Part shown: positions 53,821-64,000 of the stretch, in pieces
How positions within the stretch are numbered: the stretch's first letter is position 1
Layout of the letters: each line of letters opens with the position of its first letter
Source of the DNA: Camelus dromedarius
Taxonomy: Eukaryota
DNA length: 64,000 nt
Direction: 5' to 3'
Assembly (NCBI RefSeq): GCF_036321535.1
Contig: NC_087437.1
Span: 23,810,001 to 23,874,000 of the forward strand
Notes under the pieces: model-generated
The model's input: only the letters and a program-made list of their open reading frames with translations
Told to the model about the DNA's origin: nothing
Database searches by the model: none
Position numbers and translations under genes: made by a program

Positions 53821-54960
53821 TCTTTTGTGTCTCTGCTTGGATTGTGGCAAGGGCCACCAGCAACAAGTTATCCATTACTGTAGAAGGGATATCTTGACAT
53901 GCCTCATGTCACTGAGGCCTTAAAAATTACACTGAGGTGGTAAACAAAAATTACCCTGAATTTTTGTTGGGTTTATTTCCCCATTCTCTGCCTTGCAAAC
54001 TCTTACCAGTGAATCTAGAGTGGTTGCTACTTCTTGTACATTAGGTCCAATTAGAACAATGTAATCAATGTAATGGGTCAGTGAAGGGAAAAGTGAACAA
54101 GATCACTGTGAACTGAATTGTGAGATAGGGCTGGAGAGTTATTAAATTTATGAGGTAGGGCAGTGAAGATATATTGCTGGCCCTGACAGCTGAAAGCTGT
54201 TTTTTGTGGTCTTCACTAGCAGGTGTAGAGAACAAAAGCATTTGTCAGATCAATAGCTGAATATTAGAAATAAAGGACTGTGTTAATTTGCTCAAGTAAT
54301 GAAACCACATCTGGTAGAGCCGCTACAATTGGAGTTACTACCTGGTTAGGCTTGAGATAATCCACTGTCACTCTCCAAGATCCATCTGTCTTCTACACAG
54401 GCCAGACAAGTTAAATAGGGATGTTGTGGGAATAACTACTCCTACAATTTCAAGTGTTTGATGGCAACATTACACTCTACAATCCCTCCAGGAATGTGGA
54501 ATTGTGTTTTCTTAACTACTTTCCTAAGTAGAGGCAATTCTAGTGCCTTCCACTTGGCATTTCTCACCATAACAGCCCTCACTCCCAGGTCAGGGAACCA
54601 ATGTGTGGATTCTGACAGCTGCTGAGCATATCTATCCTAATTTTTCTCTTAGGGACTGAGAAAATAATGACAGAATGGTTTTAGGAATCCACTGGGCCCA
54701 CTTTGAGTGGGACCTGAGCTGAAACTCCATCTATCACTTGACTTCTATGAACCCCTACTCTGGTGAACCACAGTGACGTTTTGGGTATCCTGGGATTAGT
54801 GTCAATTCAGAGGCAGTGTGCAGTTGTCCTGGAAAATTCTGATTATTCCTCTTCTCCAGTGTACACTTACTGTTTACAGGCTGTAAGTTCCTTTGTGGAA
54901 GCCTGCCAGAAAGATAACAGTATAAATTTTCAGTGGTGTCCTGTGATCCTTCCTGAAGTC
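53820..54960 (-). mobile_element. ERVL internal (pol RT) relic
   Basis: The minus strand encodes a decayed version of the ERVL RT N-terminus (..[42 protein letters not shown]..). Confidence 0.75.
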
Positions 54961-56005
54961 TGTCAGAGATGGAGATGTTACAATGGAAGCATTTGCTAGT
55001 TTTGAAAATGAAGGAGGCAACAAGCCCCGGAGTAGAGGTGACCTCTAAGAGACAGAAAAGGCAAGGAAATGGATTCTCTTCTAGCACCTCCTGTAGGAAC
55101 ATAACCCTTCTGATACTCGAATTTTAGCTCAGTAAGCCCTATTTTGACTTTTGACTTCCGGATTATACATATAAGATAATAAATTTGTGTTAAGTCCACT
55201 AAGTTTATGGTGATTGTTTTATAGCAGCAATATGAAACTTTGATATGCATTTTGATATCTAGAAGCTCGGTGCTCTGTAACAAACACCTGAAAATGTGGC
55301 AATAACTTTGGAATTGGGAAATGGGCAGAGGGTGTAAGAATTTTGAGGAGCATGATAGGAAAAAAAGCTAGATTGTCTTGAATAGACTTGTTTGGATTTT
55401 CATGGTTATATTCGTCCAGAATTCATGTGTTAAAGTCCTTATGCCTAATGTGATGATATTTGAAGGCGGGCCTTTGAGAGGAAATTAGGTTTAGATGAGC
55501 TCATGAGGGCAGGGCCTGCATGGAGGGATTACATCCTTATAAGTAAAAGACCAGTGTTAACTCTATACCATGTGAAGACACAGAGAGAAGGCGACCATTT
55601 GTAAGCCAGGAAGAAGGCTCTCACCAGCGGCTGAATCTGCTGGCAGCTTAATCTGGGACTTCCCAGCCTCCAGAACTCTGAGAAGTAAATGTCTGTTGTT
55701 TAAGCCACCCAGTCTACAGTATTTTGTTATAGCAGCTTGAGCTAGACAAGACTATTTGTAGAAATGTGGATGTCAATGGCTCTGCTGGTCAGTACTCAGA
55801 AGGAAGTGAGGAGCATAGTCCAGAAAATATATACCATCTTAGGGAATATCTACATCATCATGAACAGACTGATGGGAGAAATATGAATTTAAAGGCACTG
55901 CAGGTAAGGGCACAGATGAAAATGAAGAATATGTATTGGAAATGAGGAAAGACAATCTTTGTCAAATAATGGCAGAAAGCTTAGCTGAATTGTATCCTAC
56001 AGCAA
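54960..56005 (+). mobile_element. Nested MaLR elements (MLT1 LTRs and MLT-internal)
   Basis: aaggcaaggaaatggattctcttctagcacctcc; gaatctgctggcagcttaatctgggacttcccagcctccagaact..taagccacccagtcta; aaatgtggcaataactttggaattggg. Confidence 0.75.
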
Positions 56006-58896
56006 CAGCAATTACTGTTTTTACTCTTTAATAACTATCTTATAGGAAGCTGTTTTGAGGCTAAATATACTGTTACCCCTCAAACTTTCACTCATAGTTT
56101 TTACTACATCGTTTTAGACATTGATGTTTTCTTGCAAGGACCAAATTACTTATTATAATGACGATTACCAAGTTGTAATTTTCTAATTCCATAATTTCTT
56201 CTATAGTTTTTAGTAGATTTCTAGTGCAAAAAGAACTTCTTTTTCTTCCTTCCTTTCTTTTCTATTTTGGAACAGAGAAGTTCTTGGGGGAGCCTTGAAT
56301 CATAACAAAAAAAGACCTTATTATCTACTTATTGGATTGATGATAAATCCTGTTTTCATTGTCAGAGACTATTTAATTATCAAAGGAAGTCAAGATGGAC
56401 ATGCTTTGAACCGATTTTCACTTGCCAGACTCACCAGGTCAACAATCCCTCTTCTCTCTGAAAAACCTACTCATGAGGCACAGATTATGCTGAACACATG
56501 TCTAGTATGTTAAGAGGATCCCTGCTAGTTCTCTAGTTTCTTGGGTACAGCTGTTTTGACAAGTTGAATTCTACACCTACTAAAGATGATTTATTTATTA
56601 TTTCTTAAAGCAATTTATGCAAAATCTATTATATAATTAGAGAAATTGAGTAAAATTATTTTTTTGATTAAATATAAATATGAAAAGAAATTGTTTCTAT
56701 GGAAACTAATCTGAATTCTTTGAAAATACTTATTAAATCTAGTCACTGAAGATGATTCCTATTGAGTTAGTCAAGGGTGACACCAATGTCAAAGACTGGA
56801 AGATGACAGCAAATTATCTAGTGTTCTGCACAAATATTTTAAAGAATTTATTTTACATGTATTTTTTAAAACATACACATCTTTAACAATATGATTCCTT
56901 ACTTTGTATTGACATTTTTACTTAAATAGCTGTTAATCTCAATCTCCTTAAATAAATAGGCTTTGACTGTTTTGAGAATTTTCAGTTTCAGAAACCTTTG
57001 AGTATTACTAAAAATCAGCCGTTTTCATTTTCTGCTGTGGTTCTGCTACAGGAACCTGCTCAAGTGGCTTGACCTATATTAGGTCACTTAATCCTCACAC
57101 AGACCTTATGAGGTAGATACTGTTGTCGTGTTCACCTGACAGTTGAGGAGGTTAACGTACAGAGAGGGGCACTTCTTAGAAGAGGCAGGGTCAGGTGCAG
57201 GAATGGTGGGCTAAGAAAGCAGGCAGGGCGTGGTGGGTGGGGACAGGGACAGGGACAGGGCAGGAGCTGGGCAGGTCTCTGAGCCCACCCACCCAGGGAA
57301 CTCTGCAGAGCTCGGAGGATTAAGTGTGTCTTGGAAGCATTTGTGAAATCATTTTCCCCTTAAATGATAGCAGAAATTCTCTATTGAGTTAGTTCCTTCT
57401 AATTACCCTAAAGTTACTAAAGCTCTTTTTGAGCCCAAACTCCATTCAACCTCAATACCTGAACTGGAAAGAGTAGCTGACTGGGTGCTAGGAGCCCAGG
57501 CATGATTTTCTGAATATTTTAGCTGCCTCTGCCTGGAGCATCTCTTCTGCCCCAGCAGCTACTCTGCTTTAGCTCTTCCCTCCCCCTCCCACCCCCAAAG
57601 CTCTCTGCCCAGGTACTGGACACTTTAGCCAGACCACCCACCCAGAACTTCTCAAAGGCTGAAAACAGCTCCATTCCCTGCCTCTGCATCCTCTTCCCAC
57701 ACTTACCCCTTAGTCAGGGACATCCAGTGACTCAGCTTTCACTGTCACAACCCACCCCACGGTGGGCTGGTTCCTAGGCCCTAGGTGTGCCCTCGACTTC
57801 CCCTCTCCTGGGCCTCAGGCACTTCCAGAGCAGGACAAGAAGCTTCCCACCCTTTGTCTTCCCTCTCAGGACAAGGAACTCGGGGTGTAGGGCTGGAGGG
57901 GTAGGAGGATGAAGGGGTGGGAGTGCAGAAGCCACTTCCCCGTCCTAGGATAATGTAGACTCAGTACTGTCTGCAGTTGTGCCCCAGCCCAGCCACGTGG
58001 GGCACGTGGCCCCAGAAGGAGTGGCCTCACTTTGCTTTCCTGAGCTTCTCTGCTCTGATAGGTTTCTAACGCGATCATTAGGTTTGTCTACTTGTTGAGT
58101 CTCTTTAGACTGAAAGATGCTATCTCCCCTCCTCCTTCACACACCATCACCCATCAACTCCCCTCAACTCCCCTCACATTCACACACCCAGACACAGCAC
58201 TCAGATTTCTAGCCAGTTCTGGATCTGTGAATGCCTCCTGAGTGATGATATGACTAAAGAAATAAATTGGGCAAATCTCCGGTCTCTGCCTTCAGACTGC
58301 TTTGAATTGTGGTGTGGCCTCAGGAGATTTGCTCTGCCTGCTTAAGACTGACTAAAACTGAATATCAGAGAACAATCTGTCCCCAGTTCCCCAGCCCCAT
58401 GCTAACATGCACTGACTAAAGTAACAGTGAGTTCCAGGTGGGAAAGCTGCAAAAGAGATTCTCTGAGGAGCAGACATTCAGTAAAATCCTCTGGTAAACC
58501 AGCCCACATCCTGATCACAAGTTATCACTAGGAGAATTTGAAGTTGAAGTGCACTAAGGGTAACTAAGAACAACCAGATGCAAACTAAGCCCAGCTCCTC
58601 ACTAGACAAGCACAAGTTACAGGGCAAAAGGCTGACCACAAGGAAAAGCAAGCTCATAGAACACTGAAACAGCATTCCTTCACTACGTGCTGTCCCGTAC
58701 AGCACATCGAGAGCCCTGTGATGCTGCGTCTTCCTGCACCCGTTAGGTGGTTGCACTTTGTCCCATTTTTGATGATGATCACTTGATCACGGTGGTGGCT
58801 GCTACGCTCTGCTGTAAAAGTTACCTCTTCCCCTGCTGAAATTAAGAGGATTTGTGGGAAAGTAATTTCAACTATATGTATCTCATTACCTCACCA

Positions 58897-59485
58897 GATT
58901 TTTTAAAAATTTTATTGAAATGTAGTTGATTTACTATGTTGTATTACTTTCTGGTGTACAGCAAAGTGATTCAGTTATATATGTACGTATATATATATAT
59001 ATATATTTTTTTTTTTTTTATATTCTTTTTATATTCTTTTCTATTATGATTTATTACCAGATATTGAATATAGTTCCCTGTGCTATAAGTGGGACCTTCT
59101 GTTCATATATTTTGTATCTAGTAGTTAGTATCTGCAAATCCCCTGAACTCCCAATTTATCCCTTCCCACCCCTTCTCCCCCCAGTAACCATAACTTTGTT
59201 TTCTTTGTCTGTGAGTCTGTCTCTGTTTTGTAAATAAGTTCATTTATGTCTTTTTTTTTTTTTCAGATTTCACATAAAAGTGATATCTTATGGTATTTTT
59301 CTTTCTCTTTCTGGCTTCACTTAGTATGATGTCTCCAGGTCCATCCATGTTGCTGCAAATGGCGTTATTTTATTCACTTTTATGGCTAAATAGTATTCCA
59401 TTGCATATATATACCGCTTCTTTATCTAGTCATTTGCTGATGGACATATTTAGGTTGCTTCCATGTCTTGGCTATTGTACATAGA
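58897..59485 (-). mobile_element. L1 3'-end insertion present only in the right duplicon
   Basis: ttttattgaaatgtagttgatttac...ggtgtacagcaaagtgattcagttat; the flanks align contiguously to about 8190-8220; possible imperfect TSD agatttttta/agactttta. Confidence 0.85.
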
Positions 59486-62400
59486 CTTTTAACTTAGGCG
59501 TTTATTTGTAAGTATATGGGTAGGGATGTGTTGCATCCTTTTTTATTCAATAGATAATAATCTCTTACTAGAATAATTCTGATGCTCAAATTGTCCTGAA
59601 TTTTGCTGGTTGGTGCCCTTTCCACTTAATCCTTTTGACACGCCACCATCATTCCTTGAGCACCTTCTTGCTGTTCCATGAATTGTTTGAGGCTCATCTT
59701 GTACTTTTCTGGACTTGAACTGTAAGATCATTTCTCAAACAGCCCAGTTTGAGTGGAGAATGGTATGTAGAAGTTAGGATGTGGTGGGCAGAATGATGGC
59801 CTGAGATATGACACTTTCCCTTTGTTCTTTTCTAGGGTGAAAAAGACAAACAGAGCCCCTGATCCAAATGAGTCCATTACCCCACAGCTCTCTAAGTCAC
59901 ATCATGCTGACAGAATCTCTGAACTGGTAAGGTCTCCGCTCAAAGGCAGACATGGGAAATGGGGGACAAGGTCACACCACCTCTGTAGAATTTTTTGTTC
60001 CATATTCGTTGGTCCTTTAAATGTCTCTGATTAAAAAGTGCTGAACTGATTGAACCTTATTAATGAGGTAGCAAAAATAAACACGACTGTGGGAATATCA
60101 TAGAATTTAGGCCACAGAAACCATTCTACTAAGGCCTACCAATGTCTTCCTTAGTGAAGGCATGTAATACTCATTTAAGTAGGTCATATTCATTAATTGT
60201 GTCTGGTATGTGATAAATCCATTCATCTAGAGACAACAGTCTGGTTTGGTCAGAGATAAACTGTCTTATGTTTTTGAAAGTATTCCCTTGGCCCCATCTC
60301 ATTTTTGCTTCTGGAATTTCTGTTGTGCATAAATTGAAGTCGATGTATCTGTTTCTCAGGAATCACCTTTTCTCTATACACTGTTTATCTGACTTCCAGG
60401 AGAATTTTTAAAAATCTCTTTTATTGTATTATCTTTCTATCTAATGAAATCTACTGTTCCAGTGTTTCCATACTTTAAAATGTGGTTATCATACTTCTTA
60501 ACTTTATTAAAATTTTGCATCATCAGAATTTTCCCTTTTCTCTAATGCCTGTTCCAGAAATAAATATGCAACATTTCCTCAGATCTCATTAAGGTTACAA
60601 ATTAAGATATTTGTTGCAAGTCCTGGTGTTTTTCTCATTTAAATTTCTAATTTTTCATGTATGATGGTTTTTCTCTTTGTAAATACTTAGTGACAACTTA
60701 TTTTTTCCGGTATTTGCACTTAAAAGGGTTCTGCAGGCAGTGTGTAGGTTTCTGCTCAAATGTTCTTTGCACAGTTGATGGAGGAAGGAACTGGTCAGTT
60801 CAGCTGAAGTTTTACTTTGCTTAACCAGAGATCTTGAGTCCTGTGCAAAGAAGGAGCAGCAACAGGGGAGATTGGAGGAAAAGGGGGAAAGTGCAAGCAA
60901 GATGTAGCTGTCACAGAGATCACATCAGTCCTTTAGTGTCCTTTTGGGTTGGTTGTGGTACCTGACTGCTGGCCTGGAAAGCCCTCCCCTTCTCTAACTG
61001 GCATAACTAATGCCACTGGGATCCAGCTGTGCAAGTACCTCATCTACCTGGCATGCTGTCTGTACCAACTGTAAACAGAACTGAGTGCCTCAGTTACACT
61101 TCATCATGAGAACCCAGCATCTGGTGAATTGATTAGGCTAATGAAAGGTGGTCTGGACACCACTTTTCCCGTAGCCCCCCTGCCCTCCCAGTGTTCTCAA
61201 CATCAGGAGCCAGTGGTGCTGGAGTTCTGCTGAGGGTGAAAGGGAGCCTCTCCCCTAAGCTCCTATTCCCTAAGCACACTTTCCCTTTGCATGAGGTAAC
61301 CTGTGAGTTGGACATCTCTCACTTGACTCAGTTTTCCCTACAAACAGAGTATAAAAATTCCTTTAACTTTCTGCCAGGAAGCAAACTTAGTTTCCAGCAC
61401 TGGAATAGATTTTGCTAAAGATTATCATATGCTTTTGCTCTTTTTAAAGGAGATTTGAAAGGGAAGAAGAGGTAAATGTGTAAAGTCCAGAATACCGTGT
61501 GAACTGACTGTTCACGTTTGTTTAAAAACAAAACTCAAATATGCAAAGAAATATATCAGCAATTTTTTATTTTATTTACTTGATTGTTGGTAAAAATAAC
61601 CTAATAGACCATTATAGACATTTATACTCAGACTGATACATATGTTCAATTTAATTAACACCTGAGCGTTCTGACAACTATGATGTTCCAACTATGAATG
61701 ACAGATACAGGAGCTAACCATTCTATGTGTAAATAACTACTCCAAAAATTATAACAATATCCCAGTTATAGAGTGAGTGAGTCTTTAAATGTGTCTTTCT
61801 TTGGGACAGAATCATTCTTTCTTCATGAAAAATCATCAGCAAAATTGGTAATTTATAGTCTTGTCAATATGAAAATGTTATTTCTAGTTGCAGATTAGCT
61901 TACAGGAGAAGTTAAATACCGTGTGATTTTCTCAACAAAAAACAAATACATTTTACTTTTCTTTGATAGTATGAATATTGAACATAATTATAAAGAACAC
62001 TGAATTTGTTCATTTTTAACTTTTATGAATATACAGTATTTGCAAAATAATTAGTTGTTACAAATGAAATAAATTTTAACTAGATTTAATTAAAAAGTAT
62101 ATGAGTTTATATTAAAATTACTTTTTAAAGGTTTTAATTAATTTTGCTATACAAATTGAAAATAAAGCAAAGACTGTAATTCAAAGCAATTCATCATAGG
62201 AAGTTATATTTGAATATAAAAATGTCTATATCCTTTCTCCACAATACACAACAAAAAAGAAAATGTACAGAAAAAAATGTATAAAAAATTTTAAGTAAGC
62301 GATACAGAAAACAAGCTCTTTACTTTGAAAAGTAAAAATCATGTAGGATCATGTACCTGGAGCTTCGGGTATCACGGTATAATTAACATATGCTATAATA

Positions 62401-62501
62401 AGTCATTTAAATAAAGAAAAAAAATCCACTGTGTTTTTCTTTTACATAGTCCCAGTCAATATATGGACCTTAAATTTTCTGAGGAGACTTTCATTCATCC
62501 A

Positions 62502-62555
62502 TTACCACACTCCTGATCTCTGTTCACCTCTAGTGTTTTCAAAAAACATGAAGTC
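62502..62555 (-). CDS. PLSCR1: Terminal coding exon of the upstream phospholipid scramblase 1 gene (DFMFFENTRGEQRSGVW*); the rest of the gene lies beyond the window end
   Basis: tttttacctag|GACTTCATGTTTTTTGAA...GTGTGGTAA; closely matches the human PLSCR1 C-terminus DFMFFESTGSQEQKSGVW*. Confidence 0.85.
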   Translation of the reverse strand, partial: DFMFFENTRGEQRSGVW

Positions 62556-64000
62556 CTAGGTAAAAACAAAATAAAGAAATGAGTTTTCAGCAAGAAAACA
62601 GATCAGTTCTTGGATGAATAAATGCTAAGGAATCTGACGGAACAGAATAACCATACCTGCTAAACAAGAAAAACCTGTAATAGTAGATCTGGGGAAAACT
62701 GATAGCTTCAGCTTTCCATTTTAATGGCAGTTAAATCCTGTATTTCTATTCCCTTACTGATACCTGCATGAATTTAATTAATCCTCTGGTAATTTCTCTA
62801 AATTTCACTTTTTTCACACCCCCTTAGAATGTTTCTCTTTCAGTCTTTCTTCCTCAACTTTTTGTACTCCCTGTCTAGCAATGTAACTTGTGTTGTGACC
62901 GGAGTTCCACGTACAATTTTTAGATTGTTTCAGGACAATGACAGCCATCTTAGAGTTAGACTAACATCTTAGAGTTTTTTGGCCCAGTTTCATGATTTCT
63001 TTTCCCAACTTGTCCACTGTGTTCCCCAGCTTGTCTTACTTGCTCCATCAGTTTCTAGCCAGACCCTCTCCCCTACTGACTTCTGTCCAGTCCTATGAAT
63101 TCTACCTCTCTCCCATCTATCATTATCCTGTATCCCTTTACCAAAAAATAATGGAATCCTTATCACCTTTCACTTGCACTATTGCACTATTACAATTTTA
63201 CCTCTCTTCAATCCATTTCTCCCACAGTCACCAGGACATAACTATTTTATTTATGCCTATCTGAAACTAATGAGTTAACTGAACAATTTTCAGTATTTTC
63301 CCAAGGTCTACAAGACGTTGCCCAACCTCTACCCCATAGGCATTTCCTAATAACCTCACCACTACCCCCAACCCCATTTTTCATCTATCCCAACACCCTA
63401 GACTACTCTCTCTCTTCTCTATACACATCATATCTTTGGTTGTGGTATATAAACCTTTGGTTAAACAGTTCCCTAAGGCTAAAGTTAATATTTTCTTTTC
63501 TTGTGAAATAAACATTTATTGAAAACACAATTTTTAAATAGAACTGTGGTTCTATTTAAAACTTTATATGGAAAATACTGACCCTACACCAAATTAGATA
63601 GAATAGCATAATAAAGTCCCCGTGACCACTCACCCAGCTTTAACAGTTATTAACATGAACAGTCTTGGTTCATCAATTACTCCATCCCCCATATCCCCCT
63701 GCCCTCACACCTATTATTTAAAAGCAAATCTGTGATTCCATATCATTTTATACTGAAGTACTTCAGTACGTAGCCCATAAAGAATATGGACTGTTTTTAT
63801 TTTTCTACAACCACAATAGCAACATCGCATCTCTAAAAAAAACCTTAATAATTCATTAATATCATCAAATAGCCAATGTCCAAATTTCCCAGAATGCCTT
63901 ATGTCTTTTTGTATTGATTTCTTCAAATCAGTATCCAAACATGTTCTGCAAACTACATTAAGCTGATGTCTATTTTTATTTTTATCCTTTTATTTCCCTG

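Noticed and set aside
53820..54960. Retroviral pol-like sequence as a possible domesticated gene
   Set aside because: Fragmented, frameshifted ERVL relic with no long ORF.
57226..57265. G-rich (GGGACA)n tract with G-quadruplex potential
   Set aside because: Short simple repeat beside a MIR; no supporting context.
1..64000. CRISPR arrays, tRNA/rRNA genes, prokaryotic operon-like systems
   Set aside because: The sequence is mammalian intron/exon DNA; I saw no repeat-spacer arrays or structured RNA genes.

Overview
This is mammalian genomic DNA, AT-rich and full of L1/L2/MIR/MaLR/ERVL/DNA-transposon relics. The L1 3' ends look cetartiodactyl, possibly camelid (recalled, unverified). The window covers part of the phospholipid scramblase (PLSCR) tandem cluster on the minus strand. 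(1) The terminal coding exon of a canonical PLSCR1-type gene is at 62502-62555 (DFMFFENTRGEQRSGVW*). (2) A complete 9-exon PLSCR2/PLSCR1-like paralog runs from a GC-rich promoter/exon 1 near 38.0 kb, with ATG at 34581 and stop at 11172. I spliced it by hand into an intact 1113-nt CDS (370 aa). (3) A second copy of the promoter/exon 1 sits at about 2.2-3.1 kb with no exon 2 in the window. The middle protein is unusual: about 11 degenerate 7-aa repeats in the N-terminus, all three Asp of the Ca2+-binding loop replaced, and a partly eroded Cys palmitoylation cluster. The duplicated blocks show patchy near-identity suggestive of gene conversion. Both copies also keep plus-strand splice signals, suggesting a duplicated spliced lncRNA transcribed divergently from each promoter toward the 3' end of the neighbouring scramblase gene. 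Most entries in the ORF track are spurious or derived from repeats. Repeat family names and boundaries are from recognition by eye and are approximate.
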